From: Elusimicrobiales bacterium
GTDB lineage: Bacteria; Elusimicrobiota; Elusimicrobia; Elusimicrobiales; UBA9959
DNA: 37,909 nt
Assembly (NCBI GenBank): GCA_049972095.1
Contig: JBMFKQ010000013.1
Span: forward strand, 1 to 37,909
Reading direction: 5' to 3'
A program made the position numbers and the translations under genes. The notes beneath the pieces are model-generated. The model was not told the DNA's origin. It saw nothing but the letters and a program-made list of their open reading frames with translations, and searched no databases. Positions 1-10,203 of the stretch are shown in pieces. The number at the start of each line of letters is the position of its first letter. Within the stretch, counting starts at the first letter, position 1.

Positions 1-387
1 GTAAATAAATGTCTTGAATGTGTCTGCTGTTGTGTAAGCAATAATGAGTATGATAGAAAAAGTTATTACACCACCTATAAACTTTAACCAAAAAGATGTT
101 CCAAGTAATTCATCTCTTTTTTCTGGATATTTTACAAGCTCCCTTACTACTATTCCATCAAGCCCTAACTTTGCAATCCCCTGAAAAATAGCAACAAAAG
201 CAAGTGCATAACTGAAAATCCCATACTTTTCGGGTCCTAAATACCTTGCAACCCAAACGCCAACAAAAAATCCAACAATCATTCTGACAAGCTGGTCAAA
301 GAAAAGCCATCCTGTGTTTTTTGCGTATTTCTGAAATCCTTGATGCGCTAAAATATCAAAAATTTTATTTTTTAAGTTATTAAACAT
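1..387 (-). CDS. wzx: O-antigen/polysaccharide flippase (Wzx family), N-terminal part; runs off the window edge
   Basis: Manual translation from ATG at 387: MFNNLKNKIFDILAHQGFQKYAKNTGWLFFDQLVRMIVGFFVGVWVARYLGPEKYGIFSYALAFVAIF..., with the typical flippase 'ARYLGPEkYG' motif and TM helices. Not in the ORF track. Confidence 0.85.
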   Translation of the reverse strand, partial: MFNNLKNKIFDILAHQGFQKYAKNTGWLFFDQLVRMIVGFFVGVWVARYLGPEKYGIFSYALAFVAIFQGIAKLGLDGIVVRELVKYPEKRDELLGTSFWLKFIGGVITFSIILIIAYTTADTFKTFIY

Positions 388-405
388 ATTTTTAAGCTTC
401 TTTTT

Positions 406-1087
406 TCAACCCTTGTTAACCTTCAGGGTTAACAAAGTTCGCTTAAATAAGACCTTAAAATCCTGAAAATTGGCCTTATTGTAATATTCCCTCTTTTCTG
501 CATCTAACAGAGAGCCTAATTTAACTTTATAGTCATTTTTTGTAAATTTTGCTATCCTGTTTCCAATTAATAAGGCTGTGTTTCTGTCAATTTCTGGCTT
601 TATCCCTTTTTTAAACATAAATTTCATATCATAAACATCCCGTATCTCATTTCTGTCCAAAAAGGCTGAAATCTTGGCAGCCATCATATCTTTGAGAGAA
701 ACTGTATTTACAAGGACCTGCAAGTTAGAGTTTGGAGAATAAGCAATACTTTTTTCTAATCTAATATTTTTAATCTCTTTTCTTATCTCTATTTTAAGAG
801 CCCGTGGATATTTAGGAGATGTGAATTCAAATAGTATAGAAAAATGATTGTTATAAGAGTCTTTGATATTGTATTCAGCTAAAAAAACTTCTTTTATTTT
901 TTTAAAAAGTTGTGAAAAGTCCATTTTTTAATATCCAGAAATCTAAGCCCACTGAATGCCTGTCAAGTCCATAGCAGAGGCGAAGCATAGTTCCGCCGGT
1001 AAATACAAGACCATCTAAAATTTTAGAGTTGTGAAGTTTTTCAAGCACTTCCATCTCAAATTGTTCGTGCCTTATTATATCCTGCAT
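406..1087 (-). pseudogene. AbiEii/AbiGii-family nucleotidyltransferase toxin (type IV TA), frameshifted
   Basis: ORF 902..1087 carries FTGGTMLRLCYGLDRHSVGLDF; ORF 406..924 carries K...R...RDVYD. The frames join at a 6-T run (924-929). The canonical S-x-D-L-D motif reads SVGLD. Confidence 0.8.
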
Positions 1088-1673
1088 ATTTTTTTATCGC
1101 TTTCCGTGTTTTTTCTGGATATTCCCTTAACATGACAGAAAGTTTTTTTAAATCCAGTTTTGAAAGGTTAATGGCGCTTAAATCTATTTTGTATTTACCA
1201 AAAGAGTAAAGATAAACCGCATCTAAAAAAGCCTTTTCTTTTCCCGCCACGAAAAATTCGTTTTTCCGGACAAAGCTCCTGAAAAAATCTTTGTTTATTT
1301 TGTGATATCTGAAAATAACGCCTTTGACCGAATATTCCTTGCTTGCAAGTGTCGTAACGCTTTCAAAACAGGAGTTGGGTATTTGTGTGGTAATCTCATA
1401 GTAGTAATGCAAGGCAGAAAGCAGGGAAATATAAGAGGAAACTCTTAGAATAGAGGATATTTTATAATAATCCTCATGCGAATTTTTCTCCCATTTCTGC
1501 GCCATGGAATAATAGTTGTTTTTCAGTTTTATGAAAACACCCTTGCGGGGATATCTGCTGCAAAAAACACTGGAAGATTTCATGCCCATCCCCAGTATAT
1601 TAGAGATATCCCTTGTGGTGAAAAAGGGTTTATCGTATAAGGGCGCAAGTTTTATCTGATTTTTAGTAAGCAT
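1056..1673 (-). CDS. AbiEi-like antitoxin / transcriptional regulator (type IV TA)
   Basis: N-terminal wHTH-like region, SYISLLSAL..Y and EKAFLDAVYL motifs; overlaps the start of the AbiEii-like gene. Confidence 0.75.
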   Translation of the reverse strand: MLTKNQIKLAPLYDKPFFTTRDISNILGMGMKSSSVFCSRYPRKGVFIKLKNNYYSMAQKWEKNSHEDYYKISSILRVSSYISLLSALHYYYEITTQIPNSCFESVTTLASKEYSVKGVIFRYHKINKDFFRSFVRKNEFFVAGKEKAFLDAVYLYSFGKYKIDLSAINLSKLDLKKLSVMLREYPEKTRKAIKKYAGYNKARTI

Positions 1674-1677
1674 AGAT

Positions 1678-1697
1678 TATTATCACTTATGATAATA
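1678..1697. promoter_or_regulatory. Inverted repeat upstream of the antitoxin gene, candidate autoregulatory operator
   Basis: TATTATCA-ctta-TGATAATA (8-bp arms) 4 nt upstream of the ATG at 1673. AbiEi proteins are known to bind promoter inverted repeats. Confidence 0.45.
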
Positions 1698-1718
1698 TAG
1701 TGTATTTTGAAACTTTTG

Positions 1719-2780
1719 TCAATTTTTACCAGAGTATTCTCTGTAAGCCTTTTTTATTCCTTCTTCAAGGGTTATTTTTGGACGCCAGCCTAACTTAAAA
1801 AGCCTTGATACATCTAAAAGTTTTCTTGGTGTTCCATCTGGTTTAGAAAGATCATGTTTTATCTCACCATCAAAGCCTACTATATCTTTTATCATCCTTG
1901 CTAAATCCTTTAGCTTTAAATCCTCACCTGTGCCGATATTTATTAGTTCCCCTATGTCCTTATAGTCATAGTTTTCCATAAGAAAGATGCAGGCATCAGC
2001 AAGATCCTCAACATATAAAAACTCTCTGTATACATTCCCACTTCCCCACATAACAACATATTCAGAGTATATGCCAAGCTGATTAAGTGTTTGTTTGATT
2101 GATTTCTCATCTTTGAGATTTATCCTTTCATCCAGTCCAAAGCCAAGTGGGTTTTGCTTTATATCATTTACTATTCCATCATAATCTTTTTTAGATAAAA
2201 GTTTTGCTAAATGAAATTTTCGCATCAGGGAAGGTAGAACATGTGCTGTTTCTAAATTATAATTATCTCCTCTACCATATAGGTTTGTTGGCATAACTGA
2301 GATGTAGTTTGTGCCATACTGCTCGTTGTAATAACGGCATAGCTTTATTGCTGCAATCTTTGCAACGGCATAGGCTTCATTTGTAGGCTCAAGATAGCCT
2401 GTTAAAAGATACTCTTCCTTAATTGGCTGAGGTGCCATCTTTGGATATATGCAGGATGATCCAAGGTTTAGAAGTTTTTTAACACCATATTTATATGATG
2501 AATGAATTATGTTTAAAGAAATAGCAAGGTTATCATAGATGAACTCTGCTTTATATGTGTTATTTGCTAAAATTCCACCAACCTTTGCAGCAGATAAAAA
2601 AACATACTCCGGTCTTTCCAGATCAAAAAGCTTTTCTGTATCGCTTTGCCTTCTTATATCAAGCTCTTCTTTTGTGCGCAAGACAAAGTTGTTATAGCCT
2701 TTATCTTTAAGCCTTTGAAGTATGTTGCTTCCAACAAGCCCTCTATGACCTGCTATATATATCTTTGATGTTTTTTCCAT
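1719..2780 (-). CDS. fcl: GDP-L-fucose synthase
   Basis: IAGHRGLVGS Rossmann motif, AAKVGGILAN, LGSSCIYP, YAVAK catalytic motif, MPTNLYG, KPDGTPRKLLD. Confidence 0.95.
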   Translation of the reverse strand: MEKTSKIYIAGHRGLVGSNILQRLKDKGYNNFVLRTKEELDIRRQSDTEKLFDLERPEYVFLSAAKVGGILANNTYKAEFIYDNLAISLNIIHSSYKYGVKKLLNLGSSCIYPKMAPQPIKEEYLLTGYLEPTNEAYAVAKIAAIKLCRYYNEQYGTNYISVMPTNLYGRGDNYNLETAHVLPSLMRKFHLAKLLSKKDYDGIVNDIKQNPLGFGLDERINLKDEKSIKQTLNQLGIYSEYVVMWGSGNVYREFLYVEDLADACIFLMENYDYKDIGELINIGTGEDLKLKDLARMIKDIVGFDGEIKHDLSKPDGTPRKLLDVSRLFKLGWRPKITLEEGIKKAYREYSGKN

Positions 2781-2793
2781 AACATATTCCTTT

Positions 2794-4083
2794 TTAGCTT
2801 TTTTTATTTTCTAATATCAGTGTTTTGATTTTATTTAGATCAGACTTCATCTCGTTTAACACATCATTAAGATTAAAATGTCCTTCAAGCTCTTTTATGT
2901 CTTTAGTATAGGGTGAGTTGTTTTTGAGTTTTTCAAAGGCATTTTTTATAAATACAAAGAAAATAAGAATGAAAAAGGTAATTAGAGTAAATTGAATCAC
3001 AAAAACCCTTCTCTTTGGCTTGTATTTTATTACTGGAACCTCCGGTTTTTCAACCAGCTGTATTACTGTGCTGTCTTTTGACTCATCAAGCCTTGCTGCT
3101 TCGTACTGTTTTAAAAGTATATCATAGAGGGCTTCATTGTATTTAAACTCACGTACCTTTCTTATGTATTCTATGCCATAAACACTAGCCCTTTTGGTTG
3201 AAAGCATAGCCTCATCTTCCGAAGGGGTCTTTGACTGCAACTTTGAAAGCTGCTCTTTTAAGGCTGTTATCTCATCTAAAAGCGTTTTATACTCTGGACT
3301 TTGATTTGTGGCATAGCGTTCTAAAACCCTTAGTTGAACCTCTTTGGATGATATCCTTGCTCTCAAAAGTGATATCTCCTCTATTGCAGCCTTTGCTTCT
3401 TCATCTATCTTTATTGAGCCGGTTTTTAGTTGAAATCTTTTCATCTCCTCTTCTGAGTTTATAAGGTTTTCTTTTGCTATCTTCAGCTGTTCTTCGTAGA
3501 AAAGACGACGCTGTGCGGCTTCAGTTATGGCAAGCTGGTTGTTGAGTTTTTTAAGCCCTTCAATGAAGGATAAAACTACCTTGTATGAAAGCTGTGGGTC
3601 TTTGTCTATATATCCTACTGTCATTATTCCAGATTTTCTATCAGTCTCTATATAAAGGCTATCAACTATTCTTTTTCTTAGATATGGCTTGAGTTTTATT
3701 TTATAAATTGAGGCAAGATTGTTATTATCTGCAACATAATCAACAACAGTATTTGTTTTTAATAGCTCAGCATATAGCGCTAATGTGTCTTTAATACTGC
3801 TACCCGGAACAGGAACCCCAGTCAAGGTTGAAAACTGGGTTAATACCTGTTGAGATGCTAATGAGTAAGGTTGTGGTGGTATGATCTTTGCATATGAAAG
3901 ATACTTTTTTGGAAGGATCAGGCTTATTAGAACCGAAATGAAAAAAGCATAAACTGTCCATTTAATTATAAAGTTTTTGTTTTTTATGATAGGCGCTATC
4001 AATTCTACTAAGCTTATTTCATCATTCTCTTCTACATTTGTATAATCAATTTTTTTTAAGGAGTTTTCTGAGCTATTTTCCAT
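2794..4083 (-). CDS. Polysaccharide chain-length determinant (Wzz/GumC-like, no kinase domain)
   Basis: EISLVEL N-terminus, two TM segments flanking a coiled coil, C-terminal 'KQYEAARLDE...IQLVEKPEVP...KP' segment; no Walker A domain. Confidence 0.85.
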   Translation of the reverse strand: MENSSENSLKKIDYTNVEENDEISLVELIAPIIKNKNFIIKWTVYAFFISVLISLILPKKYLSYAKIIPPQPYSLASQQVLTQFSTLTGVPVPGSSIKDTLALYAELLKTNTVVDYVADNNNLASIYKIKLKPYLRKRIVDSLYIETDRKSGIMTVGYIDKDPQLSYKVVLSFIEGLKKLNNQLAITEAAQRRLFYEEQLKIAKENLINSEEEMKRFQLKTGSIKIDEEAKAAIEEISLLRARISSKEVQLRVLERYATNQSPEYKTLLDEITALKEQLSKLQSKTPSEDEAMLSTKRASVYGIEYIRKVREFKYNEALYDILLKQYEAARLDESKDSTVIQLVEKPEVPVIKYKPKRRVFVIQFTLITFFILIFFVFIKNAFEKLKNNSPYTKDIKELEGHFNLNDVLNEMKSDLNKIKTLILENKKS

Positions 4084-4092
4084 AGATCCTTT

Positions 4093-6198
4093 CTAAAATA
4101 CCTTTATAACAACACCAGCAGATAGGGCAAGATTTGTTATTATCTGGGTTATATCACGGATCTCTCTAAGCCAGGCAATAGTTTCAAACTTTTCTGGAAC
4201 AACAACTGTATCACCCGGCTCAACCTTAGTGCTGAAAAAAAGGAAAGATTTTGCTTTTACTGCTGAACCATCTGCCTTTAATATAAACACCCTTCCTTTA
4301 TCAGCATAATATGAATATCCACCAGCCATATCTATGTATTTCTTGTAGTCTCCTTGAGTATAAACATAACTTCCAACTGCCATAACAGCACCAGATACAT
4401 TCACAACATCTGGCTTTTGTGGAATGATTATAGTATCACCATCCTGAAGTTCTATGTTATACTCTGAATCTTTGAGTTCATCAAGTGAATCAACCTTTAC
4501 ATATACTCTACCTATTGCTTTCGCCTTTTTTATCTGCTCAAGAAACCTTTGTTTCTGCTGGAGAATCTCTTTTTTTGATTGCAACTCTTCTTGAGAAAGA
4601 AATGTGGAGATCTCAGCCACAGACTGAGTGAAAAGCTCTTTTTCAAGTCTCTGTGCAATCTCTTCTATGTTTTTTTGCTGCTGAACCCTTACAGATTCTC
4701 TTGTAAAAATTATGCCACGAGGATATGCATTTGATGTAAAGCCACCAGCTCTTTTAAGAACTGAATAAAGCCTTTCTCCCTTCTCTATAACATAGACGCC
4801 TGGACTTTGAACCTCTCCCTGAACTGAGACATATTTAGGATAATACCAGTTTGGTATACTTTTGACCAAGATACTATCGTATGGTTTTAGGATTATATCA
4901 TTATTCGGATCTCCATTTAAGGCTTTTTTAAGACTGACAGTAAATCTCTCTGTTGAAACACCGTTTTGTGTTGGATTAAAGCGAGTTATCTCAACCTCAT
5001 CAGATGCATTGATAAGCAGTCCACCTGCAAGCTTTATAGCCATAGATAAAGTGGTAGAATCCTTAACTATTCCAATCTTCCCAGGATATGCAACAGCACC
5101 TGATATGCTTACTGATGTGTCAAGATCTAAGACATTGTTGATTGATATTATATCCCCATCAACAAGCGAGATATTTTTTTGAGGATTTTTATCTATATCA
5201 GAGATATCAGCTTCAAGATAATCTCTATACTGGTTGTTGAAAATCCTTCTTATTGAAACCTTTTTATTGTAAGCAGTGTTATTAAATCCACCAGACATAT
5301 TTATAAGGTCTAATAGTTTTTCATCATCTTTTAACTCATAGATGCCAGGATTTTTTACACCGCTTGATATTGCAACAAGTCTTCCAACAGGGGGCACATA
5401 AATAACATCTTCATTTGTCAGTTTTATATCAGAGCTTTTATCACCTTTTAAAAAAAGATCATAGAGATCAAGCCTTGAGATGGTTTTACCTTCCCTTTTT
5501 AACTCAATAGTGCGCATACTTCCATTTTTAGAAGGACCACCAGACTCAAAGATAGCGCTTATCATTGTTGAAAGCCCTGACACAGTATAAGCTCCAGGAT
5601 TACGAACATTACCAACTATATAAACCCTTATACTTCTAATGTTTCCAAGCGAGACATTTATATCAAAATCTGTATAATACCTTGAAATCTCCCTCTTAAT
5701 AAAATCTCTAAGATCCTTAAACTGCACTCCGGTTGGATTTATTGTTCCAATTTTGGGAAGGTATATAGTTCCATCCCTTAATACATCAACAACCCATCTT
5801 GCATTTATCCTTCCCCAGATAGTTACTATTATCTGATCCCCAGGACCTATGACATAGTCTGGGGTGACAGGAACATTTTGATCCGGGATAAAACTGGAGG
5901 GACTTTTATAGAAAAAATCATAGCCAAATTGCTTTAAACCACCACCAACAAATTTTTCAAATGATGATTCTTCAATCTCTTTTATTTTAGTTATGGATTT
6001 AATCTTAAGGTTTACATCCTCAAACTTAGGAATTTTTGTTGAGAGTGTTTCTTCCACTTGTGGTTTAATTTGCTCTGATATCTCATTTTTATTCTCAGGA
6101 TTCTCTATTGAAGATAAATTAGCACTCACATCAGCAGAAGAGGCATTGTTTAGACTAAAAATGAGACAGACTATTGAGATTATTATATTCATCATCAC
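4093..6198 (-). CDS. Polysaccharide export protein with multiple SLBB domains (Wza/KpsD-like)
   Basis: Signal peptide, FGYDFF, DYVIGPGD poly-export motif, repeated V.G.V..PG.Y SLBB units. Confidence 0.9.
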   Translation of the reverse strand: MMMNIIISIVCLIFSLNNASSADVSANLSSIENPENKNEISEQIKPQVEETLSTKIPKFEDVNLKIKSITKIKEIEESSFEKFVGGGLKQFGYDFFYKSPSSFIPDQNVPVTPDYVIGPGDQIIVTIWGRINARWVVDVLRDGTIYLPKIGTINPTGVQFKDLRDFIKREISRYYTDFDINVSLGNIRSIRVYIVGNVRNPGAYTVSGLSTMISAIFESGGPSKNGSMRTIELKREGKTISRLDLYDLFLKGDKSSDIKLTNEDVIYVPPVGRLVAISSGVKNPGIYELKDDEKLLDLINMSGGFNNTAYNKKVSIRRIFNNQYRDYLEADISDIDKNPQKNISLVDGDIISINNVLDLDTSVSISGAVAYPGKIGIVKDSTTLSMAIKLAGGLLINASDEVEITRFNPTQNGVSTERFTVSLKKALNGDPNNDIILKPYDSILVKSIPNWYYPKYVSVQGEVQSPGVYVIEKGERLYSVLKRAGGFTSNAYPRGIIFTRESVRVQQQKNIEEIAQRLEKELFTQSVAEISTFLSQEELQSKKEILQQKQRFLEQIKKAKAIGRVYVKVDSLDELKDSEYNIELQDGDTIIIPQKPDVVNVSGAVMAVGSYVYTQGDYKKYIDMAGGYSYYADKGRVFILKADGSAVKAKSFLFFSTKVEPGDTVVVPEKFETIAWLREIRDITQIITNLALSAGVVIKVF

Positions 6199-6249
6199 AC
6201 CTCAAAACTATCAGTTTAAATACATTATATAAAAAAGTGAGAGGTGAAG

Positions 6250-6291
6250 TTTTAAATTTTGAATTTTGGATTTTGAATTATAGATTTTAAA
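6250..6291. repeat. Degenerate heptamer tandem repeat (6 x TTTTRRA-like)
   Basis: ttttaaa ttttgaa ttttgga ttttgaa ttataga ttttaaa. Confidence 0.7.
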
Positions 6292-6396
6292 GTTTTATCA
6301 GCCTTTCTCTGGTTAAAAGTAGAATTTTTGCTAACGATTTTCTTCTTCGCTGAAAAAACACCCAATGCTTGCTACTAATTACCTTATAAAATTTAT

Positions 6397-6618
6397 TTAT
6401 TTAATTATTTCAACGATTTTGTTTCTTGATCTATGCCCTGAAATTATTAGAACTGATGACTTTGAGATATTAAAATAATCTGCAAGGATTTCTCTAAGCT
6501 CATTATTTGCCTTACCCTCAGATGGTGGTGAGGTGAGTTTTATCTCATAGTGCTTGTCATCTATCTTTAAAACCTCTTTTTTTGATGAAAGTGGTTTTAC
6601 TCTGATTGATATCTTCAT
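6397..6618 (-). CDS. DUF167 (YggU/UPF0235) family protein
   Basis: VKP.S.K, 'SPPSEGKANNEL...LA.YF...KS.V.IISG..SRNK.V.I' signature. Confidence 0.9.
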   Translation of the reverse strand: MKISIRVKPLSSKKEVLKIDDKHYEIKLTSPPSEGKANNELREILADYFNISKSSVLIISGHRSRNKIVEIIK

Positions 6619-6660
6619 ATCTCAGTTGCAACCCTTCTATTATAAATTGCTATTGGAGGC

Positions 6661-7533
6661 TTACTCCTTTTTAAAAACCTTTAATATTCCATCTGATAGG
6701 TTAAAGAATATGTTTCTCCCGATGCTTTTAAAGAATATATCCCTGCTGTTATAAATTGACTCATCTATTGAATAATACGACGAATCTGAGCTAATTGGAA
6801 GCTCAAAAATAAAAGCCATATTTGAAGATAAAAATCTACATAAAGAGCTACATTCAACCTTTCTTCCATATACTACTCTATATTTTTTTGAAGAGAGAGC
6901 CATTTCATATCCAATGCTATCTACCATCCCAATAACATCTGAAAGCTTTTTATCAACAACTACTCCCTGCGGTCCTTTCACTACTATTCTGCTTGAATAA
7001 GGATTACTCATATTCGCATATACCTTTGCGATATACTCATCCCCATCTATGTATATTTCTTTAGAACCGCTCATAATTATGCTTAAGTTTATTATATCTT
7101 TTATTCTGACGAACTGTGTGGTTGAGTTTGCTGTGAATGTTAAAAGAAACTTATCCATTTCATCACATCTTGATGATCCATCAGGACAATTTGAGGCCTT
7201 AGTTATACTCAAATAGACAGTTGTGTTTTTTGATGTTTTAAATGTAAGGTTTGTATAGAGATATTTATCCTTTATAAGGTTTAGATCAAAGGTATAAAGA
7301 ATTTGAGGTGATGATATTGATTTATATCCATAGTATTCAATAGGTTTTTCTGGTCTTCCAAAAAGCATATCAAGCTTATTGAAAAAGTCAGAGATCTGTT
7401 TTGATGTAGTTTCTTCTATCTCTATCTGTGGTGAAGGCATAGTAATGTCATGCTGTTTTTTAAGTGAAAAAGAAAACTCCTCGCAGAAAGTGTATGTGGA
7501 AAACATTGTGAAGAGTATAAGAAAACCCTTCAT
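6661..7533 (-). CDS. Hypothetical secreted protein
   Basis: 290-aa ORF with a signal-peptide-like N-terminus, purine-rich RBS and two close Cys pairs; no recognised family. Confidence 0.7.
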   Translation of the reverse strand: MKGFLILFTMFSTYTFCEEFSFSLKKQHDITMPSPQIEIEETTSKQISDFFNKLDMLFGRPEKPIEYYGYKSISSPQILYTFDLNLIKDKYLYTNLTFKTSKNTTVYLSITKASNCPDGSSRCDEMDKFLLTFTANSTTQFVRIKDIINLSIIMSGSKEIYIDGDEYIAKVYANMSNPYSSRIVVKGPQGVVVDKKLSDVIGMVDSIGYEMALSSKKYRVVYGRKVECSSLCRFLSSNMAFIFELPISSDSSYYSIDESIYNSRDIFFKSIGRNIFFNLSDGILKVFKKE

Positions 7534-7550
7534 ATTCCCTTCTTTCTCAT

Positions 7551-7593
7551 TTTTTAACAGATAAAAAACAAATCATCAAGGAACCTTTGGCCC
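7551..7593 (-). promoter_or_regulatory. Putative promoter with 14-bp palindromic motif abutting the -35
   Basis: Minus strand GGGCCAAAGGTTCC-TTGATG-17 nt-TAAAAA, with TG at the extended -10 position. Confidence 0.5.
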
Positions 7594-7650
7594 TTTGGAT
7601 GGAAAGAAAGGAAAAGATGTTAAAATCAGATGATCAATGATTTTGAATAA

Positions 7651-10191
7651 TCATATCTCCTTTTTAAGCTCATTTAGTATGTTAAGCGCCTCAATTGGAG
7701 TTATCCTATCAGTGTCAATGAGTTTTAACTTATCAATAACAGGATGGGGTGAGAAGATTGGAAGGAATGATTCCTCTTTTTTTATCTCTATTGTTCTTGA
7801 TTGAAGATCCTCAAGTATCTTTTTTGCTCTATGAATGCATTGGTGAGGAAGCCCCGCAAGCTGTGCAACATTAATTCCATAAGACTTATCACACACACCA
7901 TCAACAACCTTGTAAAGAAATGTGATCTCAGTTTTCCCGCTTATGTTTGTCCATTCCTTAACGGCAATATTTACATTTTTTATCCCATTGAATCTGCCTG
8001 CAAGCTCTGTTATTTCAAAAAAATGTGTTGCAAAAAGTGTCTTTGCCTTTATTTTTGTATGTATGTATTCAAGAACTGCATATGCTATGGATATACCATC
8101 AAATGTTGATGTCCCTCTTCCAACCTCATCAAGAAGTATAAGACTTCTTTGTGTTGCAAGTTTAAGAATCTGGCTTGTTTCTTTCATCTCTACCATAAAT
8201 GTTGACTCCCCCCTTGCAAGCCTATCAAATGCCCCTATCCTTGTCATTATTCTGTCAACAATGCCTATTCTTGCTGATTTTGCTGGAACAAAGCAACCAG
8301 CCTGAGCCATTATAACAATAAGAGCAGCCTGTCTTAGATACACACTTTTCCCGCTCATATTAGGCCCGGTTATTATAAGGGTTGTTGTATTTTCATCAAG
8401 CTTTATATCATTTGGCACAAATCTTCCCTCACCCACAAACCTCTCAACAATAGGATGCCTTCCATCCTCTATCTCAAGTATATTATCAGTTGTTATCTCT
8501 GGCAGGGTATAGTCGTTTTTTAAGCTAGCCCATGCAAAAGAGGATATAGCATCAAGATATCCAACAAGACCTGCATATGAGCTTATAACCTGGGAGCTTT
8601 CAAAAACAGATTTCTTTATCTCGTTGAACATGTAAATCTCAAGTTTTCTTATCTTTTCCCCTGCGCTTAATATCTTTTCCTCAAGATTCTTGAGTTCCTC
8701 TGTTATAAATCTTTCTCCAGAGACAAGGGTTTGCTTTCTTATGTAGTTAGAAGGTACCTTTGAAAGATGTGGCTTTGTAACCTCTATATAGTAGCCAAAG
8801 GTTGAGTTATAGGCTATTTTCAGAGATGGAATTTGTGTTTTCTCCCTTTCTCTCGCTTCAAGGCTTCTTATAAAGCTCTGTGTATTGCCTATAATTCTTT
8901 TTAGCTCATCATACTCGCTGTTCCAACCCTCTTTGAAAAGATCCCCTTCCCCAACCTTAAGTGAGGAGTTTTCATTTAGTGCGGTTTCAAGAAGATTTGC
9001 AAGCTTTTTTAAATCTTTTAATTTTTCAATACCTATCTTCAACTCCCCAAAGTGTTCTGAAAGCTCATTTTCAACAAGATTATGTATCTTCTCAAGATTT
9101 GATATAGCTTTTTTTAGGGCTATGCAGTCATGTGGTGTTATAGATAGATTTACTATCCTTCCATGTATTCTTTCTATGTCAGGTATATCATCAAGAATGC
9201 ACGAGAGCTTTTCAAGTACCTCTTTATTGTTAAACAGAAAATTCACCTCATCAAGCCTTTTTTTTATCATATAATAATCTGCAAGTGGATTTGAAAGCCA
9301 CTTCCTTATTGTTCTTGAACCCATTGGAGTTCTTGAATAATCAAGAAGCTCTGCAAGAGACATCCCCTCAGGATGCTGAGACTCAATGACCTCAAGTGTT
9401 TTGAGAGCAGTTTCATCCATTTTTAGATTTCTATCATCATCAAAGTATGAAGGAGTAGGCAGCCTTTTAATGGATGGTTGAACTTTTTTAAGATACTCTG
9501 TGATATAGACCGCTGCTTTTGATGCAAGTGGGTTGTTTTTCCAAATAGGCTGTTTTGTCCAATCAGACTTTTCATCACCATAGACATCAAAGATACTAAA
9601 CTGAACAGGGAGTTTTATACCATACTCTTTGATATAATGTGCAGTTTTTGAGTCAACTATTATCTCTGATGGATTGAGCCTTGCAACAAGAGATGTGAAT
9701 GATTGAAGTTCAACTCGTCCAAGGTAATTTATTGCCATAAACTCCCCAATTGATGGATCTATCCACGACATCCCCCAACCAACACTATCCAAGACTATAC
9801 TTGCAAGATAATTTGTAGCTTTTGAGTTTAGTAAAGATTCCTCTATAACCGTTCCTGGCGTTATTATCCTAACAACCTCCCTTTTAAAGAGCTTTGCTTT
9901 TTTATCCTCCTCTCCAATCTGCTCGCATACTGCAACCTTATAACCATTTTTTATTAGCTTTAAGATATAGTTTGATGCTGAGTGATATGGAACTCCACAC
10001 ATTGCTACATCATGGCGCTTTGTTAAAACTATACCTAAAATCTTTGAAGCAACTAAAGCATCCTCGCCAAACATCTCATAAAAATCGCCAAGCCTAAAAA
10101 AAACTATAGAATCAGGGTGCTTTTCCTTAATCTCTCTGTACTGATTCATTAAAGGTGTATTTATATCGATTGTATTTTTGTCTATATCCAT
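7651..10191 (-). CDS. mutS: DNA mismatch repair protein MutS
   Basis: TPLMNQY, FFRLGDFYEMF, ITGPNMSGKS Walker A, GESTFMVEM, LLDEVGRGTST, FATHF, SYGINVA. Confidence 0.97.
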   Translation of the reverse strand: MDIDKNTIDINTPLMNQYREIKEKHPDSIVFFRLGDFYEMFGEDALVASKILGIVLTKRHDVAMCGVPYHSASNYILKLIKNGYKVAVCEQIGEEDKKAKLFKREVVRIITPGTVIEESLLNSKATNYLASIVLDSVGWGMSWIDPSIGEFMAINYLGRVELQSFTSLVARLNPSEIIVDSKTAHYIKEYGIKLPVQFSIFDVYGDEKSDWTKQPIWKNNPLASKAAVYITEYLKKVQPSIKRLPTPSYFDDDRNLKMDETALKTLEVIESQHPEGMSLAELLDYSRTPMGSRTIRKWLSNPLADYYMIKKRLDEVNFLFNNKEVLEKLSCILDDIPDIERIHGRIVNLSITPHDCIALKKAISNLEKIHNLVENELSEHFGELKIGIEKLKDLKKLANLLETALNENSSLKVGEGDLFKEGWNSEYDELKRIIGNTQSFIRSLEAREREKTQIPSLKIAYNSTFGYYIEVTKPHLSKVPSNYIRKQTLVSGERFITEELKNLEEKILSAGEKIRKLEIYMFNEIKKSVFESSQVISSYAGLVGYLDAISSFAWASLKNDYTLPEITTDNILEIEDGRHPIVERFVGEGRFVPNDIKLDENTTTLIITGPNMSGKSVYLRQAALIVIMAQAGCFVPAKSARIGIVDRIMTRIGAFDRLARGESTFMVEMKETSQILKLATQRSLILLDEVGRGTSTFDGISIAYAVLEYIHTKIKAKTLFATHFFEITELAGRFNGIKNVNIAVKEWTNISGKTEITFLYKVVDGVCDKSYGINVAQLAGLPHQCIHRAKKILEDLQSRTIEIKKEESFLPIFSPHPVIDKLKLIDTDRITPIEALNILNELKKEI

Positions 10192-10203
10192 AAATACATT
10201 TTA

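Noticed and set aside
924..929. Programmed frameshift or phase variation of the toxin at the A6 run
   Set aside because: The run is short and the catalytic Asp is also mutated, so restoring the frame would probably not restore activity.
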